A stretch of DNA of 63,219 bases, the filler included, from Bigelowiella natans CCMP2755 (taxonomy: Eukaryota > Protista > Cercozoa), in assembly GCA_000320545.1 (NCBI GenBank). It is 10 parts of 10 records of this genome, joined end to end, with 100 filler letters (N's around TTAATTAATTAA, not from the genome) between each part and the next. Parts side by side here need not be neighbours in the genome. Positions count along the whole stretch, not along the records: positions 30,900 to 52,259 come from ADNK01002010.1; positions 52,360 to 53,775 come from ADNK01003710.1; 8 more parts are not named here. One strand, 5' to 3'. The notes beneath the pieces were generated by a model. It was not told the origin of the DNA and ran no database searches. It saw only the letters and a list, made by a program, of their open reading frames with translations. Positions 40,313 through 52,429 of the stretch are shown here, in pieces (position 1 is the first letter of the stretch; each line of letters opens with the position of its first letter). Position numbers and translations under genes: made by a program.

Positions 40313-42037
40313 ATGCGATTGCAACTGCCTCATGAACGACTGTGCATGTTGCTGCAAAGATTGGATGAAGCCAAGTTTGCAGACAAAATAGACATTCTGA
40401 GTGCTTCAGATAAACAATATCTAAACTTGAACATGGAGAAAAAGTGCGAAAACACAGATTCTTTTTGGTTATCTTATGGGAATGAGTTGATCATCCAAAC
40501 CGTGAACTTTCTGGAATATTCCAATGGCAATCGACACAGGAGATTCATAGAAAAACGCCTTCTTCTAATGGCAATGAGCAGCTCAGAAGATCTTATCGCA
40601 CATCATGAGAAAGGCCACCGCAGCATCCCTAGCACGCGTATTCCATATACGCGACATATAGCATTCCATGCTATCGTTTCAAATTACGCATTGGATCATG
40701 ACTCTGCCATGCAATCATGGTTGTCGCGGACTGTCATTGCTCATCATCAACACCCCCTACCCCTCAATCAAGGTGCTTCCTATACCGATAAGCTTGTCGG
40801 TGACAAGCTGATGTGTGAATACTTACCCCATGATGTACGGAACGTTGTGCTGGAAGAATGCGAAGCACTGGATTATCGCTTGGGAGGGTTTCATCGTAGA
40901 TGTGATTATCTTGGTAGACTACAGTACCATCCCCTCTTGTATTATTGTCCGTCAAGGGAAGGCATGATGATCAAGGTGCAGAAGCTGAATAGCATTAGCT
41001 CCAACAGTGTTCCCATTGTTTGTTTGAAGCAATTTCCCAACAAGAGTATTGAGTTTGTGAATCAGGGAATGGTTAAGTTACCTCCTCATCTGCTATTATT
41101 GACACATCTGGAAGAATTGCACCTCTCCTATAACTCCCTTCGGTCACTTCCAGACACGATCTGTCAGCTTCGATGCTTACGGAGACTAGAGGTTGACGGC
41201 AATGACCTTGTATCCCTGCCCGCAACGATTGGGAACCTGTCGGGACTCACACATCTATATCTAAAACATAATCGCCTTACGTCCCTGCCCGCAAATATTG
41301 GGAACCTGTCGGGACTCGAATATCTAGATCTAGAACATAATCGCCTCACGTCCCTGCCCGCAACGATTGGGAACCTGTCGGGACTCACACATCTATATCT
41401 ACAAGATAATCGCCTCACGTCCCTGCCCGCAACGATTGGGAACCTGTCGGGACTCGAACAACTAGATCTACAACATAATGACCTCACGTCCCTGCCCACA
41501 ACGATTGGGAACCTGTCGGGACTCATAGAACTTCCTCTAGAACATAATGGCCTCACGTCCCTGCCCACAACGATTGGGAACCTGTCGGGACTCCAATGGC
41601 TATATCTACAAGATAATCGCCTCACGTCCCTGCCCGCAACGATTGGGAACCTGTCGGGACTCGAACAACTAGATCTACAACATAATGACCTCACGTCCCT
41701 GCCCACAACGATTGGGAACCTGTCGGGACTCATAGAACTTCATCTAGAACATAATGGCCTCACGTACCTGCCCACAACGATTGGGAACCTGTCGGGACTC
41801 ATAGAACTTCCTCTAGAACATAATGGCCTCACGTCCCTGCCCACAACGATTGGGAACCTGTCGGGACTCCAATGGCTATATCTACAAGATAATCGCCTCA
41901 CGTCCCTGCCCGCAACGATTAAGAAAATTAAAACTGCAAGGCTAGGTGTTAATCGTATTACATCCCTGTCCGACTCGGTAATACTGAACACCCTCATTTT
42001 AATGCCTCTACCCTCCTTATCTTCTCACAGAACATGA
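40313..42037 (+). CDS. Intronless leucine-rich-repeat protein (23-aa LRRs) with an uncharacterised N-terminal region
   Basis: 574-aa ORF with about 12-13 LRRs of consensus LxxLxLxxNxLTSLPxTIGNLSG. Confidence 0.85.
   Translation: MRLQLPHERLCMLLQRLDEAKFADKIDILSASDKQYLNLNMEKKCENTDSFWLSYGNELIIQTVNFLEYSNGNRHRRFIEKRLLLMAMSSSEDLIAHHEKGHRSIPSTRIPYTRHIAFHAIVSNYALDHDSAMQSWLSRTVIAHHQHPLPLNQGASYTDKLVGDKLMCEYLPHDVRNVVLEECEALDYRLGGFHRRCDYLGRLQYHPLLYYCPSREGMMIKVQKLNSISSNSVPIVCLKQFPNKSIEFVNQGMVKLPPHLLLLTHLEELHLSYNSLRSLPDTICQLRCLRRLEVDGNDLVSLPATIGNLSGLTHLYLKHNRLTSLPANIGNLSGLEYLDLEHNRLTSLPATIGNLSGLTHLYLQDNRLTSLPATIGNLSGLEQLDLQHNDLTSLPTTIGNLSGLIELPLEHNGLTSLPTTIGNLSGLQWLYLQDNRLTSLPATIGNLSGLEQLDLQHNDLTSLPTTIGNLSGLIELHLEHNGLTYLPTTIGNLSGLIELPLEHNGLTSLPTTIGNLSGLQWLYLQDNRLTSLPATIKKIKTARLGVNRITSLSDSVILNTLILMPLPSLSSHRT
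41201..41920 (+). repeat. 69-bp tandem array (about 10.4 units) encoding the LRRs
   Basis: Near-invariant CCTCACGTCCCTGCCC(G/A)CAACGATTGGGAACCTGTCGGGACTC alternates with a variable segment of about 27 bp. Confidence 0.95.
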
Positions 42038-42559
42038 TCCTAACGTTGTGGTGGAGCAGAAGCGATTGGTACATCAGCAGGGCACTGAAGAAGGTGGATC
42101 TACAAGATAGATAGATTCTCTAAGAATCGTTTGTCATTGTCTCCCTCCCCCACCGTCTCGCCTACTGTTAGATAAACGCTCGATTGTATTCATGATCTCC
42201 TCTTACTGTCTTCTCCCACCCCCCCCTCTTCACAGTTCCCATCCGATTGCTCTCGCATTCAAAAGGGAATGTCTCCACACTAGAAACCCTCTCGCAGGGA
42301 AATGATGATGGCGACACGAAGCCCGACAGAAGCCATATTAGTGCGGATGAATCCAAGTAAGGCAGCTACATCAACAACAACCTTAGTGAGAATGCAGTTA
42401 TGTTGTCTACCGATCTCTTTGATAACGATGAAACCATTCGTCCAACATTTCTTGAAGAACACAAGTGTGAACGCTTATAGGATCCTGATCAATTTGCGAC
42501 TCGGTTTGCATCATATAGGAACGTTTCGGGGGTCGGGCCTATTCCTCTAGGTCACCGTC

Positions 42560-44085
42560 TCTGAACTACCTCACATGTCCGAAATGCAGCACGTTGTGAA
42601 AATTCTCATTGCAGTGCTCCCTCTGCCCTCGTCTCTCCAATTAGCACTGATTCCAACGATTCCGTATTCGCAGAGCAAAAAGAATCGGTGCAGCAGCAGA
42701 CCAGTGGAGAGGTTGGAGCGTTGCGTTTAGGTCATTCCCCCTGCTTCGACACTGCATGCATCGATGCCAGATTCGTTGTGAAAACCCACAGTGTTGTGGC
42801 TACTTCCACTTAGATGTTCATCGCAGCGTTTGCACAGGACAAGAATTCACCGAACAACAGCAGGACAGTGACGAAGGTGGGTCTGATTGGCGGATGCTCT
42901 TTTGATTTCGTTCTTCAACCTCTTCCCCCATAATCACAGACCTTGATTTTCTTAATTTGCATTTGATCACATGATTTGCCGCACAGAAATGGATGCCATT
43001 CTGCCGGAAATTTCAAATGGAGATGATGTGAAGTGCGACAATGACCAGATGGAGATCGGCTTAAGATCTAACGGCAGAATCATCTGCAACAACGTCCATC
43101 AGGATGTAGATGTCTTCTCTGCTGGTTTCATTGCAATTGGCAATTTGGAGGAGACCTTAGCCGACTGCCCCGACTGGCTCGACTGAGTGGTTGTTCTCAC
43201 TTAAATGATTTTTCCGAAGACAATGGAGGGAAGAGCAAATCAGATGTAGATGTGACCAATTATATTAGACTTTTCCACGTCGCCAGTATGATAGACATGC
43301 AATACAAATGATGTGCATACAATGCATGTAGTGTTGTACGTTTTTCATTCTGAGTATCAGCAGATGATTGCACATCTTGTTGTCATTTCAGTGCTAACAT
43401 GAGCAAGAGGAGTTTGAGTGAGATCAGAATTTCTCAATGGACACATCATTTCCTCGCACTGCTAGCTAGCTAGCTACTACATGCTGCATCTGTTCTTCTT
43501 CTTCTTCTTCTGTTTTCGACCTCGCTCTGCATGATGACAGAGTTCACTGCCATTGTCACTGCTGATACCACTACGTACTGCATCTCATAACTACGACATG
43601 TTCCAACAGACAAAGGCACATATGCAAATTCGTGAATTGTCCTATATGTCATGCAATGCAAGTGTGTGCACAACGCGCTCCACACGTGACATTGCACATG
43701 CTACAGGCATGAACGTTTTTGCCGGCCAGCATGCAGCACATCCTCATTGTCCAGCACAGAAACAAACACAACGTGAGCGCTGCAGCACACATAGCCGCTT
43801 GTTCATGCAGCTGGATCGATGCGATGATCGATGACAATAATTGGAAAAAACCATTCATCATTTTCATTGTTTACGCGTGGCATCCGTCTTGCAAATCATG
43901 CACAAAACATGCATGCATGCATGTGCACATGCACCGCAGCTGTCTGAACAACACCTGAGACACAGCCGTTTCAACATGCGACGTTTGCTTCCACACCTAG
44001 AGGCACGTTGGTGCTCACAAAGTCATGCACGGCACGAGTCATCATCATCACCAGAACAGTGGCCGACGGATGGTGGACACATCTA
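42560..44085. mobile_element. Partially TpA-depleted tract with degraded ORF fragments
   Basis: GCTAGCTAGCTAGCTAC (~43462) and CATGCATGCATGCATGTGCACATGCAC (~43908). TA is reduced but not absent. Confidence 0.35.
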
Positions 44086-44561
44086 AACTTTCTTAGGACA
44101 GAACATTTCTTACTCTTACACTGACTTTAAAAAACAAAAAGACTTATTTCGAAAGACGGATACGAGCAGAGAAGCCGTTGCACGCTCTCCAGCTGCAGGG
44201 TACAGACGAGTATTGCATAGTTTTGTACGTGAATATATATATATTTTCCACGGCACAAACATCGAGTGCGGGTCTCTCCTTCTATCTTCATTCTCGAACA
44301 GAGTTCTGCTTCGTCAATGCGAAGAGATATTCACCCGCGCGCACAGACCCTTTGAGTCGATGGGAGCGGAGTTTGGCAGATGACAGGACCGAGACTAGCT
44401 CTCGCATGTGAGACGTTTCTCTTCTTCGCAGAAGACGTTTTCACTTTCTGATCCTACTGCTGCTGTTCTCCATCTCGATAGTCATCGTTCTGGAATCACC
44501 AATACATTCATCGACTCGATGTGTGTAGATGGGGGGGGGGGGGGGGTTAGCATCTAGCCCC

Positions 44562-45825
44562 TCATCCAATGGCCGCCTCGGCTAGAGCCCCGTATATCTA
44601 TCAGAGAAACCATTGTTCGCAACAAGAACCCGTCGTTCAGAGAAAGAGAGATGGAGGAGGAAGTGGCATGCCGAAATGCATATGCGTGCTTTTGTGTCAA
44701 TGAGGATATTATCTTGTGTTCATACGATGGACACGACTACTACTTCTACTACTACTACTACTACCACTACTACTACTACTACAAATACGAGTGCTACCTC
44801 AAGACCCCAGAAATGTAAGCAGTTTTGGTCGAAACTCGCCCCCTTGCTCCTCAAGGCGCTCTTGGGCTTCGAGATCCGAATATAGCGGTAGTAGCGGGGT
44901 TGGGCTTGGGAATCTTGAAGCTGTGGAATTCATGTATCAGCAGCCCGTGAGAGGAAGACGAATGGTGGTGGTAGTGATGATGACGACGATGATGGTGATG
45001 GTGATGGTGATGATGATGATGATGATGCCGCTATAAGAGAAACACGGTCGGTTTTTAGTCTCATCTATCGATAGAAACTCTACCTTAAATTGTTATGTAG
45101 AGAGAGAGGGGAGGGCGTGTGGCACTTACGTGTGAGAGCAGAGCATCGCGCGCCTGTGAATAGCTTTGAGGCGCTTCATATTCGTAATCTGCAAACAAGG
45201 GAATTATAGCAAACAAATCAACAAAAATGAGCCCCTCATGTACGAATTCAGAGAATGGATTATGGCAATTTCGAGCATTTCGATGCTAAACGAGTCAGGA
45301 GGCGGGGGAGGGGGAGGGGGAGGGGGAGGGCGGGCAAGGAAGCTGCATCCGTTGATAACATACCAACGGACTATACAAACATCTAAATACTACCGAGCTC
45401 GGATTAAGCGGGACGTGGAACTTGGCAGGAAATCTTGGGTGTTCGCAGTTCAGGAACGTATCGTTCCGCACGGAGTGTAAATTAGCCCATATCTTCATGT
45501 CGTTCGAGCCTTCCATGTCCCAGCTCCCGCCTATCATCACGGATACAGATCAGTCAGGCAATGCCGTGAAAAGGGGGGGGGGGGGGGGGGGGCAAAAGGG
45601 AGGGTTCTCACCAAGACCATAGCAGTCTCCGTATCTCAGAGTGTAAGCGTTCATATGCACCTTTTGCAGTAAGTAAAGCGGTCGGTTTAGTGATACCAGT
45701 CAATTGATGCTACATGTGCGTGCCTCTCAATTTCGAGTCGAGGAGGAAAACGAGGGAGAAGGAAGAGGAGGGAGGGGGGAGGGGGAGATACCGGGTAGTT
45801 TTGACTCTAGTCGATATTCTGGATA

Positions 45826-45865
<40 letters not shown>

Positions 45866-46342
45866 CTACTACAACGACAACGACAACGATGACGAACACC
45901 ATTCACCTTCCTCTTGCCGAAGTCAAAGCGTACCCACGCGCCGTCGGCGGAGTGCACAGCATCGCAGCTCGAGAGCTCGAAGAAGCGAAACGGCTTCTTC
46001 GGGAACTCCTCCGAGACCCTCGCGCAATACAGCGACAGCGGGCAGTTCATCTTGCTGATTGGCCCCTCTATCTCACCCTAGATTATAAACCGGCAAAAGG
46101 AGCATTGTTGTTGTCAGCGGGAGGGGAGAGGAAGGAGGGGGGGGGAGGGGCAAGAGGGAGGAGGAGGAAGGGGAGGAGGAGAGGGAGGGGGAAGGCTGGC
46201 GAAGAACAGACAAACAGTCGCAATGGAACTCACGTCTTCATCCGAGGAGAGGGATCTCAGATTCGTGCAGAGCCCGTCGCTCGCCGTAATACCGACCTCT
46301 CCTGTTATATGAGGATTCCTCCAGCATCCTTTCGAGCTGCAA

Positions 46343-46381
<39 letters not shown>

Positions 46382-47696
46382 ACAATTAAATAAGTACACA
46401 ATCAGCACACGATAGATTTATGGCTCTGGATACGCGTTTCTGAGCAAACGCCACGTTTTCTCTCCCCCTTCATCGTAACGAATGAGCATACCTTACTGTT
46501 CCTAGGTAGTAAAAGACCCCATTGGAATCGCCATCGAACCTAATGAGGAGGAGGAGGCGTTTGTGTTAAGTGCAAGTGGTCAGTGGTACGCGGTAAATTG
46601 CATCCGTCATCGTATCATCGTACGGCACAGCAAAAGGATTTCTTTCTATCTCGTTCTTTGCGCCTTCCAACCGCGCACCCGCGCACACACACATACACAC
46701 GGAGAGAGAGAGAGACACGTATTCTAATAACTAAATTACTCTATTTATGCGTCACGACTCTATTACTTGTGCTCGAAGCGCTTCTTCACCGGCGCTCTCA
46801 GCAGGCGCACGAGGCCGTCCAGGCAGTAGTACATCGCCTCCACAAAAAGCTTCCGCCGCTTCTCCGCTGTTGCCGGCGGCGTGAAGATGGGGCCGTTCCG
46901 CAGGTAATCCAGCACATACTCGAACATCTGAGCGGCGTTGGAAAAGTGAGTTTGCGCGCGCCCACAGCGTAGCATTGGGCTCTGCTATGCTAGTGAGAAG
47001 GCAAAGAACCTGGGGGCTGCGGTCGATGAAACATGACCGAGAAGCGACTGCACGATCGCACGGCAGCGTGGAGAGCTTGAACTTCCCAGAGAACAGCTGT
47101 ATGGGTTTATTTTTCAGTCGCGAGTGAGAAAAGTGAGAGCGCAGCGACGACCAAATCAATTCAAACGGAAAAGAAAACAGCGGTGATCGTTTTTGATACT
47201 TCTTCGGAGTTGCCCGGGAAACATTGGAAGCAGAAAACAATGAAAGCGTTGGCGCGCAAACCTTGCATAGCATGGAGTTCCGGTCGCGTTGGAGAGTATT
47301 GAGGGTGGTGAAAAATCGCGTCCCTCCGACGTTGAGGCAGACGACGTTCATGTCACCCTCTTCCCCTATGATACGGCTCTTCTTTTGCCCAGCTATTACC
47401 ATGTTTAGCTTCTCTGGGGAGGGCTTGGAGGTTTCGCTATTTTCCTCCTCCTCCTCCTCTTCATCTAGGCTGAGAACAGTGGGTCGGAGGACACGCTTCT
47501 TCCGAGAAGTCACTTGAACGGAAGAAACCTTCTGCATCTCTCCTAAAGACCGTTTCCGGTTACGGTGCGCGGCAAGGCATGACGGTGTCACCGACAACGC
47601 AAGTTCAAGGGGAGAGGATTCTTTTAATTCCAGCGGCTGAGGTCCGAGCAAGGGGCACGAGTGAGCGACCGTGGAGCCGGAAATACGCCCCATCAT
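44562..47696 (-). CDS. KCTD-type BTB/POZ protein with a C-terminal discoidin/F5-8-like domain, multi-exon
   Basis: VVCLNVGGTRFFTTLNTLQRDRNSMLCK | LFSGKF...FIDRSPQ | MFEYVLDYLRNG...EAMYYCLDGL form the BTB. Later exons: GVFYYLGT, AWVRFDFGKRK, WDMEGSNDMKIW, RYYRYIRI...LHFWGLE | IYGALAEAAIG*. Start uncertain. Confidence 0.85.
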
Positions 47697-49149
47697 TGCT
47701 GTTCCACCAACATAAAAGGACAATGAGGACTACATCAAAAATCGGAAAAATCACAAAAAGCTCGCGATCCGAACAGTAGCTGTACGAAACACTGCAGAGC
47801 AGGCACTAGATCTCTACTGCGGAACTTCCGCGACACCGCCCCCCCTTTCCATTTCATCTCAAGAACTCATATACGTGGCGCACTCAGGGGCACCGATCTG
47901 CCCCTGGTCGTTTGGGGAATGAAATACCCAGAACTGCTCGTTCCGGCGAGGCAGAAAGGGGGGGTCAGCACCTGTGGGGGATCGGTTTAAGAATCCCAAA
48001 AGCGTTCGTGTGGCAGAGGCCGTCCAGAGAGAGAGAGAGAGTCCCGTGAAAAACAAAAGCAGACCAAAACCGATTTACGTCAACCGGCAGAATCCCAAAA
48101 ACAAAGAGGCTTTTCATGCACGAGACACGCAGCTTGACAGATCAATCATTGTTCAGAAGCTGTTCTTCGCTCATCGCCGACGCCGTTCGTTTGCGCGAAA
48201 AAAAGGCTCTGAGGACTTGTCGCAGTGTAAAACTTCTGGTTGATGAATCCTAAACGACGGTCTTCTCGGGGCGAAGGAAAAGCTCGAAAGACACGGGAAA
48301 AACAGCAAAGAGATGACGCAGCAAAGAAAGAAAAAGTTCGAAAATGAGCGCAAGTGTCTCAGCCTAAAAGAGAAGACATCAAAAGGGCCGGAACCAATTG
48401 CTTTTATCGAGAATTCGATGTCTCATTCATGAAATTAACGGTGTTTTTCAGATATAATCGGAACAGCACAGGGTGAGTTAGATCCTACAAGATCGATTTT
48501 CTTCTATCTGATCCAAATCGTGTTCATACTGTGTTGATCGAGGAAAAACGGACACGCGTGACAACATGCCTGGTGTCCCGCGATCACAAGTTTCTGACTT
48601 TTTCTCCTTCTTCACAAGTCGCAATTGGAAAATCGGTTCCTTTTTTTGGGTTTTGCCACCGTGAGGGAATGTCGTTCGGGAGGAGTACCTTTTGATCGTA
48701 GAACCCCATGGTGTCACGCAAAGTCGTTCATGGAACCGGTTGTTTTACGTGCTTTTAGAGGTACTGTACCCACAACGTGGAAAGCACCCGTCAAAAACAC
48801 GGCTGGATGCGTCCGGTGGATCTAGAGCGCTGCATTTTGCCAAAGGAGACAACCGACCAACGCAATTGTGCACCTGAACGTGTTCCGATTTCTTCGACAG
48901 CGACAAGGGCCACTGGTGATCAGCGAAGAACCGTGCTGCTGTTGACACCGCGAGGGACATGATAAGAGAGAACCTCTCATCAGAGTGAGTGCACAAGAGC
49001 CCGAACCAAAAAACCCGAGAATTCGGAAATCGAGCACCCAAAAACACGAGAAAAGGAGGCGAACTTCAAACAAAAAATAGAAAAGAAAATGTCGCAGTTT
49101 CCTTTTTCTAGGAGTTTTCTGATTGCCCAATGAAGCGACAGCAGTGGCA

Positions 49150-50400
49150 CTACAGCTAGGGTACCGCTTCTTGAATCGCGGGCAGAGCTTAGAATAGATC
49201 CGGGTGGGGGTTAGACTAGCAAAGGGGGAAACTACCCTCTCTTCTGGTCTAACTCTTCTAACAACTCGTTACTCCTTCTTGTAAGCCACAATTGGAGATC
49301 CGCGCAGCCGGCGGGAGAGCACAAGACCCCCAAATGTGAGATGCTACCTTCCGGCTCCAGAAAGGCCCCGAAACCCTGGTTTCGAGCGATCCAATGTGCA
49401 CTCCGGCATAGGACATCTGAGCGCTCGATGCTGGCTTATTGGAACTTCTGACGCAGAGGACCATACCGTGTGATAGCGGTTTCTATGAGATCAAGCACAC
49501 TTTTGTGCCGAGACGCTGGAAATACCGAACATCGTGGACAGGCACCTACATCGCGAGTACATGCTTGAGCTTGGATCCTGAGTGACGATGCACAACATTT
49601 GATGTTGGCAAGGAGCACTCCGAAAGGAGTTGGCAAGATCCTTTAAGTTAGGGTGGTGGGAAAACCTCGTGGCCAGGAGTCTACGATATGCACAGCAGGA
49701 GGCAAGGAAGGAGGCATGGCGCAGCAATGGCCGGCTTTTCTTTCGCAGTTTTAGCCTAGAAGGAGTGCTATACACTATCGAAGGCAAAAATAGCGTAATG
49801 TGTTTCGGCTTGAAGGATCGGGTAGGGGTGGGCTGGGTCACTGAAAGTAGCAGCCTTAATTGTGTGAGAGGCAGGAGATGTCGCCATTGCGCGTTCTCGA
49901 TGGGAAATTATTGAGACTAGTCGCGACCACGTCCTGTTGATGCCACTTACCTCGATCTCGAAGACTGAAGCAGGCTGAAAACTTCTGAAGAACGCAAAAA
50001 TACGAATTGCCAACAAGCTAGGGGTAGCTTCGTCGGGAGAGGTGCTGTATGCTGCTGATTCTACGACTGCTGAAGGGGAAGGGGCACAAAGATGGAGCCC
50101 TGGTTGATGTGTTAGGATCTGAAGAAAATGCATAGAGAATGGGCCTTGATGCCACAGAACCTTAAAACGTGGGACGTTTGGTTTGCTATAATGAAGGGAA
50201 GCTGCGTGCTCTAATAAGAGGTGCTGTATGCTGCTGCTGGGGGGGGAAGAACATCATTACCACTGTCGCCGGATGCAAACTTCTCAGACTTGAAAGTGTG
50301 CTTCAATGTTCAAGGCAAGGGCTCGGAATGGCGCATTGGGGTAGAGCGCTTTCTGCTGTAGGGAGTATGCATAACAAACCGAGACGACCTGCATGATGAC
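49150..50400 (-). mobile_element. Possible decayed non-LTR retrotransposon 3' portion
   Basis: Intronless, microsatellite-free, frameshifted fragments SRPILYAFSS and LAIRIFAFFRSFQPASVFEIEVSGI loosely resemble the post-RT region of LINE ORF2, followed by Cys-containing pieces and a stem-loop at ~49209-49254. No RT core motif seen. Confidence 0.3.
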
Positions 50401-51104
50401 TTGCGAACTACGATCAAGCTGCTGAGCCTCCTAGAAAAAAATATTATTCATCTGAACGATTGCTCCAAGTAAGTGCACGGCATGCCATGCCCCGGCTTTG
50501 CGCGCTTCGAGTAAAGATAGCGAGTTGGGCGACTTGTAGATTTACAGGTTAAACTATTGCATCATGATATTTTATAAAATTTAACAAAAATGAGCATAGA
50601 GATTGCCGCGCCACCATGTCAGCGGTTGCGTTGCGCGTACATGTTGCAACTAGTCCTGCCGGTTGCTTTGTTGTCATTGTTAAGACCATGAATGGAAGGG
50701 TGGCACGAATTACCACTATTTGCACACACTGATTTGGTTTGCTTCTCTACCTCTCATAGCGTGTAAAAATGAGACATCATGTGCACCACAGCTAGATCAA
50801 ATGATCAAATGGAACACCTTTCAATGCCTTGTTTGTCACTTATTACAAAGCGGTTGCCACACGGAGTTGCGTTGACAATTGTGCTTGCTGTCATCATTGT
50901 CATTGTTCATTTTTGTTGTTTTTTTTGCAGCATCGAGGCCATGGCACATCATTTGTGCCATTTTACACAGCGCTATTTTCAGCGTTGAAATCAACGATCC
51001 GCGCGATGTTGCAACAATGTCTAGATGTGCATGCACAATTTCTGTCGCTGCTCTACTAAAGCTTGTGATAAACAGCTAGACAGCCACACGCAACGCCACA
51101 CTAG

Positions 51105-51804
51105 CTAGCGGGAAGCCTCAGACTCATCGCTGTGCGGAAAGTGGGTGAAGAGCGCCACGGTGAACTTGATCTCGTACTTGGAATTCGCCAGCATCACTGC
51201 CGGGTCATCGCCAGGGTCCTGAAGCATTCCCGGCGCAAAGACGATGGCGATGTTGGTCATGTCCATGCGATTCACGTCCTTCAGCTTCTCGATCTGGCAC
51301 AGTATTCAGACTCAACGGATGGAGGGGGGCGCAGGAGGGCGCTTGCTCCTCGCGTGTGCAATGATGGTATATATCTCGAGTGCGCTCGAGGAGCGCCGTG
51401 CTAGCGTGGCGCGCATGTGTGCATGTGTGTGCATGAAATATGCACACACGCTAGCATGCCCGTGTGAGCCAGAGTCGATCTCGATCTCAGTCTCACAACA
51501 TCGTGTGTGTGCGTGTGTGCGTGTGTGTGCGTGCGTGCGTGTATGTGCAGAAAGACCTCCTTTGCAAGGGTCGCGATGTAGTCGATCACTCGGCGATTGA
51601 GCACCTGATCACCATCCGGATAGGAAAGGGGGGTGAGACGAATGATGAGGGTCGAGGGAAGTCAGCGAGGAAACGTGTCGCTATCCTTAAAGAGCCCCGT
51701 ATTCGCCTTCCGACCCATCTCACATCCATGCGTTAATGCTGCGTGCATGTGTGCCGACAACGCGCCTTTACAAAATAAGCTACTACCTAGGCCTATAGTG
51801 TGTT

Positions 51805-51845
<41 letters not shown>

Positions 51846-52060
51846 TGTGTATTTATGTGTGTGTGCGCCGAAGAAGCTTGCTAATTAATTGGTTGCGTCG
51901 TTGCCTACACACCGGTATTTTCGACGTGAATTTCCGAATGTCAGCGGCCTGGATTTCGGACTGTTTCTTTCCGATCTTAACAGCCTCTTCGTAGAGGTGA
52001 GACGGGATGAGGGGCTCGGGCAAGTTGCGGATCCTGCGTTTATGCCAATGTGGGGGGGGA

Positions 52061-52105
<45 letters not shown>

Positions 52106-52259
52106 GTTGATGAAGAAGGCTTTCGCATAAATATATCATATAATACTGAATTGGAGAGAATTGCGAGTTACTAAAAAGGGCAGACATAATGCTATCCAAT
52201 CATTATATGTTACCAAAGCTTCAGCAATCCGGCCGCTACATGCGGGGACTTTTCCTTGA
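51105..52259 (-). CDS. RhoGAP-domain protein, 3' exons
   Basis: KSPHVAAGLLKLW | IRNLPEPLIPSHLYEE.. | LNRRVIDYIATLAKE | IEKLKDVNRMDMTNIAIVFAPGML..SEASR* match the RhoGAP motifs LK.w.ReLPEPL and N.M...NlAivFaP. Confidence 0.9.
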
Positions 52260-52429
52260 NNNNNNNNNNNNNNNNNNNNNNNNNNNNNNNNNNNNNNNNN
52301 NNNTTAATTAATTAANNNNNNNNNNNNNNNNNNNNNNNNNNNNNNNNNNNNNNNNNNNNCGGGGGGGAAAAGAAAGTAGCGACAAGTTCCTCGAAAACCA
52401 AAGGAAATCGACGAGTAAATAAATACCTT

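Noticed and set aside
41201-41920. CRISPR-like constant/variable periodicity, or a DGR target
   Set aside because: The units are in-frame LRR codons, the variable parts are homologous to each other, and no cas genes, reverse transcriptase or template repeat is visible.
48640-49010. GC-balanced intergenic stretch considered as a possible snRNA or other ncRNA
   Set aside because: No recognisable U-snRNA, tRNA, SRP or rRNA motifs by eye.
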